A stretch of DNA of 64,000 nt, taken from assembly GCF_009914755.1 (NCBI RefSeq), contig NC_060946.1; one strand, 5' to 3'. The notes beneath the pieces were generated by a model that ran no database searches, had not been told where the DNA came from, and saw only the letters and a program-made list of their open reading frames with translations. Below are positions 13,201-27,500 of the stretch, piece after piece; positions within the stretch are counted from its first letter, which is position 1; every line of letters starts with the position of its first letter. The position numbers and the translations under genes are program-made. Origin of the DNA: the human T2T-CHM13v2.0 reference genome, Homo sapiens.

Positions 13201-16200
13201 TGATATGAAGATATTCCCGTTTCCAACGAAATCTTCAAATCTATCCAAATGTCCACTTGCAGATTCAACAAAAAGTGTTTTTCAGAACTGCTCTATCAAA
13301 AGAAAGATCCACCTCTGTTAGCTGAGTTCACACATCCAAACAAGTTTATGAGAATGCTTCTGTATAGTTTTTATTTGAAGATATTTCCTTTCTCACCATA
13401 GAACTGAAAGCTGTCCTAATGTTCACTTCCAGATACTACAGAAAGGGTGTTTCAAAACTGCTGTACGAAAGGGAATGTTCAACTCTGTGACTTGAATGCA
13501 CACATCACAAAGAAGTTTCTTAGGATGCTGCTGTCTACTTTTTATACGTAATCCCGTTTCCAACGAAATCCTCCAATCTATCCAAATATCCACTTGCAGA
13601 TTCCACAGCAAGACTGTTTCAAAATTGCTCTGTCAATAAAAAGGTTCAACTCTGTTAGCTGCGTGCATATATCCCAAAGAAGATTCTGAGATTGCTTCTG
13701 TCTAGTTTTTATGGGAAGATATTTCCCTTTTCACCGTAGGCGTCAAGGCGCTCCAAATGTCCACTTCCAGATACTACAAAAAGAGTGTTTCAAACATACT
13801 CTGTGAAAGGGAATATTCAACTCTGTGACTTGAATGCACATATCACAATGAAGTTTCTGAGAATGCTTCTGTCGAGATTTTATATGAAGATATTCCCGTT
13901 TCCAACGAAATCCTGAAATCTATCCAAATATCCCCTCGCAGATTCTACAAAAAGAGTGTTTCAAAACTGCTCTGTAAAAAGAAAGGTTCAACTCTGTTAG
14001 TTGAGTACACACATCACAAACAAGTTTCACAGAATGCTTCTTTCTAGCTTGTAGGGGAAGATATTCCCTTTATCACCATGGGCCTCAAACCGTCCGAAAC
14101 GTCCACTTCCATATACTACAAAAAGAGCGTTTCAAACCTGCTCTAGGAAAGGCAATGTTCAACTCTGTGACTTGAATGCAGACATCACAGAGCAGTTTCT
14201 GAGAATGCTTCTGTCTAGATTTTATAGGAAGATATTCCCGTTTCCAACGAAATCTTCACAGCTATCCAAATATCCACTTGCAGATTCTACAAAAAGAGTG
14301 TATCAAAACTGCTCTGTCAAAAGGAAGGTTCTTCTCTGTTAGTTGAGTACATACGTCATAAAGGAGTTTCTGAGAACGTTTCTGTCTAGTGGTTATGGGA
14401 AGATAATTGCTTTTGCACCGTAGGCCTCAGAGCGCTCCAAATATCCACTTGCACATACTACAAAAAGAGTGCTTCAAAGGTGCTCTCTGAAAGGGAATGT
14501 TCAACTCTATGAGTTGAATGCAAACATCACAAAGACGTTTCTGAGAATGCTTCTGTCTAGATTTGATATGAAGATATTCCCGTTTCCAACGAAATCTTCA
14601 AATCTATCCAAATGTCCACTTGCAGATTCAACAAAAAGTGTTTTTCAGAACTGCTCTATCAAAAGAAAGATCCACCTCTGTTAGCTGAGTTCACACATCA
14701 GAAACAAGTTTATGAGAATGCTTCTGTCTAGTTTTTATTTGAAGATATTTCCTTTCTCACCATAGACCTGAAAGCTGTCCTAATGTTCACTCCCAGATAC
14801 TACAGAAAGAGTGTTTCAAAACTGCTGTACGAAAGGGAATGTTCAACTCTGTGACTTGAATGCACACATCACAAAGAAGTTTCTGAGGATGCTGCTGTCT
14901 ACTTTTTATACGTAATCCCGTTTCCAACGAAATCCTCCAATCTATCCAAATATCCACTTGCAGATTCCACAGAAAGACTGTTTCAAAACTGCTCTGTTAA
15001 TAGAAAGGTTCAACTCTGTTAGCTGCGTGCATATATCCCAAAGAAGATTCTGAGATTGCTTCTGTCTAGTTTTTATGGGAAGATATTTCCCTTTTCACCG
15101 TAGGCGTCAAGGCGCTCCAAATGTCCACTTCCAGATACTACAAAAGGAGTGTTTCAAACCTACTCTGTGGAAGGGAATATTCAACTCTGTGACTTGAATG
15201 CAGATATCACAAAGAAGTTTCTGAGAATGCTTCCGTCGAGATTTTATATGAAGGTATTTCCGTTTCCAACGAAATCCTGAAATCTATCCAAATATCCCCT
15301 CGCAGATTCTACAAAAAGAGTGTTTCAACACTGCTCTGTAAAAAGAAAGGTTCAACTCTGTTAGTTGAGTACACACATCACAAACAAGTTTCACAGAATG
15401 CTTCTTTCTAGCTTGTAGGGGAAGATATTTCCTTTATCACCATGGGCCTCAAACCGTCCGAAACGTCCACTTCCATATACTACAAAAAGAGTGTTTCAAA
15501 CCTGCTCTATGAAAGGCAATGTTCAACTCTGTGACTTGAATGCAGACATCACAGAGCAGTTTCTGAGAATGCTTCTGTCCAGACTTTATAGGAAGATATT
15601 CCCGTTTCCAACGAAATCTTCACAGCTATCCAAATATCCACTTGCAGATAGTACAAAAAGAGTGTATCTAAAATGCTCTGTCAAAAGGATAGTTCTTCTC
15701 TGCTAGTTGAGTACATACGTCATAAAGAAATTTCTGAGAATGTTCCTGTCTAGTGGTTATGGGAAGATATTTGCTTTTTCCCTGTACACCTCAAAGCGCT
15801 CCAAATGTCCACTTGCACATACTACAAAAAGAGTGCTTCAAAGCTGCTCTCTGAAAGGGAATGTTCAACTCTATGAGTTGAATGCAAACATCACAAAGAC
15901 GTTTCTGAGAATGCTTCTGTCTAGATTTGATATGAAGATATTCCCGTTTCCAACGAAATCTTCAAATCTATCCAAATGTCCACTTGCAGATTCAACAAAA
16001 AGTGTTTTTCAGAACTGCTCTATCAAAAGAAAGATCCACCTCTGTTAGCTGAGTTCACACTTCACAAACAAGTTTATGAGAATGCTTCTGTCTAGTTTTT
16101 ATTTGAAGATATTTCCTTTCTCACCATAGACCTGAAAGCTGTCCTAATGTTCACTTCCAGATACTACAGAAAGAGTGTTTCAAAACTGCTGTACGAAAGG

Positions 16201-19200
16201 GAATGTTCAACTCTGTGACTTGAATGCACACATCACAAAGAAGTTTCTGAGGATGCTGCTGTCTACTTTTTGTACGTAATCCCGTTTCCAACGAAATCCT
16301 CCAAGCTATCCAAATATCCACTTGCAGATTCCACAGAAAGACTGTTTCAAAAGTGCTCTCTCAATAGAAAGGTTCAACTCTGTTAGCTGCGTGCATATAT
16401 CCCAAAGAAGATTCTGAGATTGCTTCTGTCTAGTTTTTATGGGAAGATATTTCCCTTTTCACCGTAGGCGTCAAGGCGCTCCAAATGTCCACTTCCAGAT
16501 ATTACAAAAAGAGTGTTTCAAACCTACTCTGTGAAAGGGAATATTCAACTCTGTGACTTGAATGCACATATCACAAAGAAGTTTCTGAGAATGCTTCTGT
16601 TGAGATTTTATATGAAGATATTCCCGTTTCCAACGAAATCCTGAAATCTATCCAAATATCCCCTCGCAGATTCTACAAAAAGAGTGTTTCAAAACTGCTC
16701 TGTAAAAAGAAAGGTTCAACTCTGTTAGTTGAGTACACACATCACAAACAAGTTTCACAGAATGCTTCTTTCTAGCTTGTAGGGGAAGATATTCCCTTTA
16801 TCACCATGGTCCTCAAACCGTCCGAAACGTCCACTTCCATATACTACAAAAAGAGCGTTTCAAACCTGCTCTATGAAAGGCAATGTTCAACTCTGTGACT
16901 TGAATGCAGACATCACAGAGCAGTTTCTGAGAATGCTTCTGTCTAGATTTTATAGGAAGATATTCCCGTTTCCAACGAAATCTTCACAGCTATCCAAATA
17001 TCCACTTGCAGATTCTACAAAAAGAGTGTATCAAAACTGCTCTGTCAAAAGGAAGGTTCTTCTCTGTTAGTTGAGTACATACGTCATAAAGGAGTTTCTG
17101 AGAACGTTTCTGTCTAGTGGTTATGGGAAGATAATTGCTTTTGCACCGTAGGCCTCAGAGCGCTCCAAATATCCACTTGCACATACTACAAAAAGAGTGC
17201 TTCAAAGGTGCTCTCTGAAAGGGAATGTTCAACTCTATGAGTTGAATGCAAACATCACAAAGACGTTTCTGAGAATGCTTCTGTCTAGATTTGATATGAA
17301 GATATTCCCGTTTCCAACGAAATCTTCAAATCTATCCAAATGTCCACTTGCAGATTCAACAAAAAGTGTTTTTCAGAACTGCTCTATCAAAAGAAAGATC
17401 CACCTCTGTTAGCTGAGTTCACACATCAGAAACAAGTTTATGAGAATGCTTCTGTCTAGTTTTTATTTGAAGATATTTCCTTTCTCACCATTGACCTGAA
17501 AGCTGTCCTAATGTTCACTCCCAGATATTACAGAAAGAGTGTTTCAAAACTGCTGTACGAAAGGGAATGTTCAACTCTGTGACTTGAATGCACACATCAC
17601 AAAGAAGTTTCTGAGGATGCTGCTGTCTACTTTTTATACGTAATCCCGTTTCCAACGAAATCCTCCAATCTATCCAAATATCCACTTGCAGATTCCACAG
17701 AAAGACTGTTTCAAAACTGCTCTGTCAATAGAAAGGTTCAACTCTGTTAGCTGCGTGCATATATCCCAAAGAAGATTCTGAGATTGCTTCTGACTAGTTT
17801 TTATGGGAAGATATTTCCCTTTTCACCGTAGGCGTCAAGGCGCTCCAAATGTCCACTTCCAGATACTACAAAAGGAGTGTTTCAAACCTACTCTGTGGAA
17901 GGGAATATTCAACTCTGTGACTTGAATGCAGATATCACAAAGAAGTTTCTGAGAATGCTTCCGTCGAGATTTTATATGAAGGTATTTCCGTTTCCAACGA
18001 AATCCTGAAATCTATCCAAATATCCCCTCGCAGATTCTACAAAAAGAGTGTTTCAACACTGCTCTGTAAAAAGAAAGGTTCAACTCTGTTAGTTGAGTAC
18101 ACACATCACAAACAAGTTTCACAGAATGCTTCTTTCTAGCTTGTAGGGGAAGATATTTCCTTTATCACCATGGGCCTCAAACCGTCCGAAACGTCCACTT
18201 CCATATACTACAAAAAGAGTGTTTCAAACCTGCTCTATGAAAGGCAATGTTCAACTCTGTGACGTGAATGCAGACATCACAGAGCAGTTTCTGAGAATGC
18301 TTCTGTCCAGACTTTATAGGAAGATATTCCCGTTTCCAACGAAATCTTCACAGCTATCCAAATATCCACTTGCAGATAGTACTAAAAGAGTGTATCTAAA
18401 ATGCTCTGTCAAAAGGATAGTTCTTCTCTGCTAGTTGAGTACATACGTCATAAAGAAATTTCTGAGAATGTTCCTGTCTAGTGGTTATGGGAAGATATTT
18501 GCTTTTTCCCTGTACACCTCAAAGCGCTCCAAATGTCCACTTGCACATACTACAAAAAGAGTGCTTCAAAGCTGCTCTCTGAAAGGGAATGTTCAACTCT
18601 ATGAGTTGAATGCAAACATCACAAAGACGTTTCTGAGAATGCTTCTGTCTAGATTTGATATGAAGATATTCCCGTTTCCAACGAAATCTTCAAATCTATC
18701 CAAATGTCCACTTGCAGATTCAACAAAGTGTTTTTCAAAACTGCTGTATCAAAAGAAAGATCCACCTCTGTTAGCTGAGTTCACACATCACAAACAAGTT
18801 TATCAGAATTCTTCTGTCTAGTTTATATTTGAAGATATAGCCTTTCTCACTATAGACCTGAAAGCTGTCCTAATGTTCACTTCCAGATACTACAGAAAGA
18901 GTGTTAAAAAACTGCTGTACGAAAGGGAATATTCAACTCTGTGACTTGAATGCACACATCACAAAGAAGTTTCTGAGGATGCTGCTGTCTACTTTTTATA
19001 CGTAATCCCGTTTCCAACGAAATCCTCCAAGCTATCCAAATATCCACTTGTAGATTCCACAGAAAGACTGTTTCAAAACTGCTCTGTCAATAGAAAGGTT
19101 CAACTCTGTTAGCTGCGTGCATATATCCCAAAGAAGATTCTGAGATTGCTTCTGTCTAGTTTTTATGGGAAGATATTTCCCTTTTCACCGTAGACGTCAA

Positions 19201-22200
19201 GGCGCTCCAAATGTCCACTTCCAGATACTACAAAAAGAGTGTTTCAAACCTACTCTGTGAAAGGGAATATTCAACTCTGTGACTTGAATGCAGATATCAC
19301 AAAGAAGTTTCTGAGAATGCTTCTGTCGAGATTTTATATGAAGATATTCCCGTTTCCAACGAAATCCTGAAATCTATCCAAATATCCCCTCGCAGATTCT
19401 ACAAAAAGAGTGTTTCAAAACTGCTCTGTAAAAAGAAAGGTTCAACTCTGTTAGTTGAGTACACACATCACAAACAAGTCTCACAGAATGCTTCTTTCTA
19501 GCTTGTAGGGGAAGATATTTCCTTTATCACCGTGGTCCTCAAACCGTCCGAAACGTCCACTTCCATATACTACAAAAAGAGCGTTTGAAACCTGCTCTTT
19601 GAAAGGCAATGTTCAACTCTGTGACTTGAATGCAGACATCACAGAGCAGTTTCTGAGAATGCTTCTGTCCAGACTTTATAGGAAGATATTCCCGTTTCCA
19701 ACGAAATCTTCACAGCTATCCAAATATCCACTTGCAGATAGTACAAAAAGAGTTTATCAAAAATGCTCTGTCAAAAGGAAAGTTCTTCTCTGCTAGTTGA
19801 GTACATACGTCATAAAGGAGTTTCTGAGAATGTTTCTGTCTAGTGGTTATGGGAAGATATTTGCTTTTTCCCCCTAGGCCTCAGAGCGCTCCAAATGTCC
19901 ACTTGCACATGCTACAAAAAGAGTGCTTCAAAGCGGCTCTCTGAAAGGGAATCTTCAACTGTATGAGTTGAATGCAAACATCACAAAGACGTTTCTGAGA
20001 ATGCTTCTGTCTAGATTTGATATGAAGATATTCCCGTTTCCAACGAAATCTTCAAATCTATCCAAATGTCCATTTGCAGATGCAACAAAAAGAGTTTTTC
20101 AAAACTGTTATATCAAAAGAAAGATCCACATCTGTTAGCTGAGTTCACACATCACAAACAAGTTTAAGAGAATGCTTCTGTCTAGTTTTTATTTGAAGAT
20201 ATTTCCTTTCTCACCATAGACCTGAAAGCTGTCCTAATGTTCACTTCCAGATACTACAGAAAGAGTGTTTCAAAACTGCTGTATGAAAGGGAATGTTCAA
20301 CTCTGTGACTTGAATGCACACATCACAAAGAAGTTTCTGAGGATGCTGCTGTCTACTTTTTATATGTAATCCCGTTTCCAACGAAATCCTCCAAGCTATC
20401 CAAATATCCACTTGTAGATTCCACAGAAAGACTGTTTCAAAACTGCTCTGTCAATAGAAAGGTTCAACTCTGTTAGCTGCGTGCATATATCCCAAAGAAG
20501 ATTCTGAGATTGCTTCTGTCTAGTTTTTATGGGAAGATATTTCCCTTTTCACCTTAGGCGTCAAGGCGCTCCAAATGTCCACTTCCAGATACTACAAAAA
20601 GAGTGTTTCAAACCTACTCTGTGAAAGGGAATATTCAACTCTGTGACTTGAATGCACATATCACAAACAAGTTTCTGAGAATGCTTCTGTCGAGATTTTA
20701 TATGAAGATATTCCCGTTTCCAACGAAATCCTGAAATCTATCCAAATATCCCCTCGCAGATTCTACAAAAAGAGTGTTTCAAAACTGCTCTGTAAAAAGA
20801 AAGGTTCAACTCTGTTAGTTGAGTACACACATCACAAACAAGTTTCACAGAATGCTTCTTTCTAGCTTGTAGGGGAAGATATTCCCTTTATCACCATGGG
20901 CCTCCAACCGTCCGAAACGTCCACTTCCATATACTACAAAAAGAGCGTTTCAAACCTGCTCTAGGAAAGGCAATGTTCAACTCTGTGACTTGAATGCAGA
21001 CATCACAGAGCAGTTTCTGAGAATGCTTCTGTCTAGATTTTATAGGAAGATATTCCCGTTTCCAACGAAATCTTCACAGCTATCCAAATATCCACTTGCA
21101 GATTCTACAAAAAGAGTGTATCAAAACTGCTCTGTCAAAAGGAAGGTTCTTTTCTGTTAAGTGAGTGCATACGTCATAAAGGAGTTTCTGAGAATGTTTC
21201 TGTCTAGTGGTTATGGGAAGATATTTTCTTTTTCACCGTAGGCCTCAGAGCGCTCCAAATATCCACTTGCACATACTACAAAAAGAGAGCCTCAAAGCTG
21301 CTCTCTGAAACGGAATGTTCAACTCTATGAGTTGAATGCAAACATCGCAAAGACGTTTCTGAGAATGCTTCTGTCTAGATTTGATATGAAGATATTCCCG
21401 TTTCCAACGAAATCTTCAAATCTATCCAAATGTCCACTTGCAGATTCAACAAAAAGTGTTTTTCAGAACTGCTCTATCAAAAGAAAGATCCACCTCTGTT
21501 AGCTGAGTTCACACATCACAAACAAGTTTATGAGAATGCTTCTGTCTAGTTTTTATTTGAAGATATTTCCTTTCTCGCCATAGACATGAAAGCTGTCGTA
21601 ATGTTTACTTCCAGATACTACAGAAAGAGTGTTTCAAAACTGCTGTACGAAACGGAATGTTCAACTCTGTGACTTGAATGCACACATCACAAAGAAGTTT
21701 CTGAGGATGCTGCTGTCTACTTTTTATACGTAATCCCGTTTCCAACGAAATCCTCCAAGCTATCCAAATATCCACTTGCAGATTCCACAGAAAGACTGTT
21801 TCAAAACTGCTCTGTCAATAGAAAGGTTCAACTCTGTTAGCTGCGTGCATATATCCCAAAGAAGATTCTGAGATTGCTTCTGTCTAGTTTTTTTGGGAAG
21901 ATATTTCCCTTTTCACCGTAGGCGTCAAGGCGCTCCAAATGTCCACTTCCAGATACTACAAAAAGAGTGTTTCAAACCTACTCTGTGAAAGGGAATATTC
22001 AACTCTGTGACTTGAATGCACATATCACAAAGAAGTTTCTGAGAATGCTTCTGTCGAGATTTTATATGAAGATATTCCCGTTTCCAACGAAATCCTGAAA
22101 TCTATCCAAATATCCCCTCGCAGATTCTACAAAAAGAGTGTTTCAAAACTGCTCTGTAAAAAGAAAGGTTCAACTCTGTTAGTTGAGTACACACATCACA

Positions 22201-24546
22201 AACAAGTTTCACAGAATGCTTCTTTCTAGCTTGTAGGGGAAGATATTCCCTTTATCACCATGGTCCTCAAACCGTCCGAAACGTCCACTTCCATATACTA
22301 CAAAAAGAGCGTTTCAAACCTGCTCTATGAAAGGCAATGTTCAACTCTGTGACTTGAATGCAGACATCACAGAGCAGTTTCTGAGAATGCTTCTGTCCAG
22401 ACTTTATAGGAAGATATTCCCGTTTCCAACGAAATCTTCACAGCTATCCAAATATCCACTTGCAGATACTACAAAAAGAATGTATCAAAAATGCTCTGTC
22501 AAAAGGAAAGTTCTTCTCTGCTAGTTGAGTGCATACGTCATAAAGAAGTTTCTGAGAATGTTTCTGTCTAGTGGTTATGGGAAGATATTAGCTTTTTCCC
22601 CGTAGACCTCAGAGCGCTCCAAATGTCCACTTGCACATGCTACAGAAAGAGTGCTTCAAAGCTGCTCTCTGAAACGGAATGTTCAACTCTATGAGTTGAA
22701 TGCAAACATCACAAAGACGTTTCTGAGAATGCTTCTGTCTAGATTTGATATGAAGATATTCCCGTTTCCAACGAAATCTTCAAATCTATCCAAATGTCCA
22801 CTTGCAGATTCAACAAAAAGTGTTTTTCAGAACTGCTCTATCAAAAGAAAGATCCACCTCTGTTAGCTGAGTTCACACATCACAAACAAGTTTATGAGAA
22901 TGCTTCTGTCTAGTTTTTATTTGAAGATATTTCCTTTCTCACCATAGACCTGAAAGCTGTCCTAATGTTCACTTCCAGATACTACAGAAAGAGTGTTTCA
23001 AAACTGCTGTACGAAAGGGAATGTTCAACTCTGTGACTTGAATGCACACATCACAAAGAAGTTTCTGAGGATGCTGCTGTCTACTTTTTATACGTAATCC
23101 CGTTTCCAACGAAATCCTCCAAGCTATCCAAATATCCACTTGCAGATTCCACAGAAAGACTGTTTCAAAACTGCTCTGTCAATAGAAAGGTTCAACTCTG
23201 TTAGCTGCGTGCATATATCCCAAAGAAGATTCTGAGATTGCTTCTGTCTAGTTTTTATGGGAAGATATTTCCCTTTTCACCGTAGGCGTCAAGGCGCTCC
23301 AAATGTCCACTTCCAGATACTACAAAAAGAGTGTTTCAAACCTACTCTGTGAAAGCGAATATTCAACTCTGTGACTTGAATGCACATATCACAAAGAAGT
23401 TTCTGAGAATGCTTCTGTCGAGATTTTATATGAAGATATTCCCGTTTCCAACGAAATCCTGAAATCTATCCAAATATCCCCTCGCAGATTCTACAAAAAG
23501 AGTGTTTCAAAACTGCTCTGTAAAAAGAAAGGTTCAACTCTGTTAGTTGAGTACACACATCACAAACAAGTTTCACAGAATGCTTCTTTCTAGCTTGTAG
23601 GGGAAGATATTCCCTTTATCACCATGGTCCTCAAACCGTCCGAAACGTCCACTTCCATATACTACAAAAAGAGCGTTTCAAACCTGCTCTATGAAAGGCA
23701 ATGTTCAACTCTGTGACTTGAATGCAGACATCACAGAGCAGTTTCTGAGAATGCTTCTGTCCAGACTTTATAGGAAGATATTCCCGTTTCCAACGAAATC
23801 TTCACAGCTATCCAAATATCCACTTGCAGATACTACAAAAAGAATGTATCAAAAATGCTCTGTCAAAAGGAAAGTTCTTCTCTGCTAGTTGAGTGCATAC
23901 GTCATAAAGAAGTTTCTGAGAATGTTTCTGTCTAGTGGTTATGGGAAGATATTAGCTTTTTCCCCGTAGACCTCAGAGCGCTCCAAATGTCCACTTCCAC
24001 ATGCTACAGAAAGAGTGCTTCAAAGCTGCTCTCTGAAACGGAATGTTCAACTCTATGAGTTGAATGCAAACATCACAAAGACGTTTCTGAGAATGCTTCT
24101 GTCTAGATTTGATATGAAGATATTCCCGTTTCCAACGAAATCTTCAAATCTATCCAAATGTCCACTTGCAGATTCAACAAAAAGTGTTTTTCAGAACTGC
24201 TCTATCAAAAGAAAGATCCACCTCTGTTAGCTGAGTTCACACATCACAAACAAGTTTATGAGAATGCTTCTGTCTAGTTTTTATTTGAAGATATTTCCTT
24301 TCTCACCATAGACCTGAAAGCTGTCCTAATGTTCACTTCCAGATACTACAGAAAGAGTGTTTCAAAACTGCTGTACGAAAGGGAATGTTCAACTCTGTGA
24401 CTTGAATGCACACATCACAAAGAAGTTTCTGAGGATGCTGCTGTCTACTTTTTATACGTAATCCCGTTTCCAACGAAATCCTCCAAGCTATCCAAATATC
24501 CACTTGCAGATTCCACAGAAAGACTGTTTCAAAACTGCTCTGTCAA

Positions 24547-27500
24547 TAGAAAGGTTCAACTCTGTTAGCTGCGTGCATATATCCCAAAGAAGATTCTGAG
24601 ATTGCTTCTGTCTAGTTTTTATGGGAAGATATTTCCCTTTTCACCGTAGGCGTCAAGGCGCTCCAAATGTCCACTTCCAGATACTACAAAAAGAGTGTTT
24701 CAAACCTACTCTGTGAAAGCGAATATTCAACTCTGTGACTTGAATGCACATATCACAAAGAAGTTTCTGAGAATGCTTCTGTCGAGATTTTATATGAAGG
24801 TATTCCCGTTTCCAACGAAATCCTGAAATCTATCCAAATATCCCCTCGCAGATTCTACAAAAAGAGTGTTTCAAAACTGCTCTGTAAAAAGAAAGGTTCA
24901 ACTCTGTTACTTGAGTACACACATCACAAACAAGTTTCACAGAATGCTTCTTTCTAGCTTGTAGGGGAAGATATTCCCTTTATCACCATGGGCCTCCAAC
25001 CGTCCGAAACGTCCACTTCCATATACTACAAAAAGAGCGTTTCAAACCTGCTCTAGGAAAGGCAATGTTCAACTCTGTGACTTGAATGCAGACATCACAG
25101 AGCAGTTTCTGAGAATGCTTCTGTCTAGATTTTATAGGAAGATATTCCCGTTTCCAACGAAATCTTCACAGCTATCCAAATATCCACTTGCAGATTCTAC
25201 AAAAAGAGTGTATCAAAACTGCTCTGTCAAAAGGAAGGTTCTTCTCTGTTAGGTGAGTGCATACGTCATAAAGGAGTTTCTGAGAATGTTTCTGTCTAGT
25301 GGTTATGGGAAGATATTTGCTTTTTCACCGTAGGCCTCAGAGCGCTCCAAATATCCACTTGCACATACTACAAAAAGAGTGCCTCAAAGCTGCTCTTTGA
25401 AACGGAATGTTCAACTCTATGAGTTGAATGCAAACATCACAAAGACGTTTCTGAGAATGCTTCTGTCTAGATTTGATATGAAGATATTCCCGTTTCCAAC
25501 GAAATCTTCAAATCTATCCAAATGTCCACTTGCAGATTCAACAAAAAGTGTTTTTCAGAACTGCTCTATCAAAAGAAAGATCCACCTCTGTTAGCTGAGT
25601 TCATACATCACAAACAAGTTTATGAGAATGCTTCTGTCTAGTTTTTATTTGAAGATATTTCCTTTCTCACCATAGACCTGAAAGCTGTCCTAATGTTCAC
25701 TTCCAGATACTACAGAAAGAGTGTTTCAAAACTGCTGTACGAAAGGGAATGTTCAACTCTGTGACTTGAATGCACACATCACAAAGAAGTTTCTGAGGAT
25801 GCTGCTGTCTACTTTTTATACGTAATCCCGTTTCCAACGAAATCCTCCAAGCTATCCAAATATCCACTTGCAGATTCCACAGAAAGACTGTTTCAAAACT
25901 GCTCTGTCAATAGAAAGGTTCAACTCTGTTAGCTGCGTGCATATATCCCAAAGAAGATTCTGAGATTGCTTCTGTCTAGTTTTTATGGGAAGATATTTCC
26001 CTTTTCACCGTAGGCGTCAAGGCGCTCCAAATGTCCACTTCCAGATACTACAAAAAGAGTGTTTCAAACCTACTCTGTGAAAGGGAATATTCAACTCTGT
26101 GACTTGAATGCACATATCACAAAGAAGTTTCTGAGAATGCTTCTGTCGAGATTTTATATGAAGATATTCCCGTTTCCAAAGAAATCCTGAAATCTATCCA
26201 AATATCCCCTCGCAGATTCTACAAAAAGAGTGTTTCAAAACTGCTCTGTAAAAAGAAAGGTTCAACTCTGTTAGTTGAGTACACACATCACAAACAAGTT
26301 TCACAGAATGCTTCTTTCTAGCTTGTAGGGGAAGATATTCCCTTTATCACCATGGGCCTCCAACCGTCCGAAACGTCCACTTCCATATACTACAAAAAGA
26401 GCGTTTCAAACCTGCTCTAGGAAAGGCAATGTTCAACTCTGTGACTTGAATGCAGACATCACAGAGCAGTTTCTGAGAATGCTTCTGTCTAGATTTTATA
26501 GGAAGATATTCCCGTTTCCAACGAAATCTTCACAGCTATCCAAATATCCACTTGCAGATTCTACAAAAAGAGTGTATCAAAACTGCTCTGTCAAAAGGAA
26601 GGTTCTTCTCTGTTAGGTGAGTGCATACGTCATAAAGGAGTTTCTGAGAATGTTTCTGTCTAGTGGTTATGGGAAGATATTTGCTTTTTCACCGTAGGCC
26701 TCAGAGCGCTCCAAATATCCACTTGCACATACTACAAAAAGAGTGCCTCAAAGCTGCTCTTTGAAACGGAATGTTCAACTCTATGAGTTGAATGCAAACA
26801 TCACAAAGACGTTTCTGAGAATGCTTCTGTCTAGATTTGATATGAAGATATTCCCGTTTCCAACGAAATCTTCAAATCTATCCAAATGTCCACTTGCAGA
26901 TTCAACAAAAAGTGTTTTTCAGAACTGCTCTATCAAAAGAAAGATCCACCTCTGTTAGCTGAGTTCACACATCACAAACAAGTTTATGAGAATGCTTCTG
27001 TCTAGTTTTTATTTGAAGATATTTCCTTTCTCACCATAGACCTGAAAGCTGTCCTAATGTTCACTTCCAGATACTACAGAAAGAGTGTTTCAAAACTGCT
27101 GTACGAAAGGGAATGTTCAACTCTGTGACTTGAATGCACACATCACAAAGAAGTTTCTGAGGATGCTGCTGTCTACTTTTTATACGTAATCTCGTTTCCA
27201 ACGAAATCCTCCAAGCTATCCAAATATCCACTTGCAGATTCCACAGAAAGACTGTTTCAAAACTGCTCTGTCAATAGAAAGGTTCAACTCTGTTAGCTGC
27301 GTGCATATATCCCAAAGAAGATTCTGAGATTGCTTCTGTCTAGTTTTTATGGGAAGATATTTCCCTTTTCACCGTAGGCGTCAAGGCGCTCCAAATGTCC
27401 ACTTCCAGATACTACAAAAAGAGTGTTTCAAACCTACTCTGTGAAAGGGAATATTCAACTCTGTGACTTGAATGCACATATCACAAAGAAGTTTCTGAGA

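Larger units (their letters stand above)
500..21540. repeat. Duplicated multi-HOR block, ~500-7900 repeated at ~14136-21536 (offset 13,636 bp)
   Basis: ORF barcodes 833/14469, 1855/15491, 2071/15707, 3237/16873, 4799/18435, 5963/19599 and 6287/19923 are all offset by 13,636. Both copies share a 2-bp deletion (CAACAAAGTG at ~5089 and ~18725). Confidence 0.92.

Noticed and set aside
13423-13611. Only - strand ORF (62 aa)
   Set aside because: Created by chance point variants in one HOR copy. It is not an inversion or insertion, and the sequence remains ordinary alphoid.
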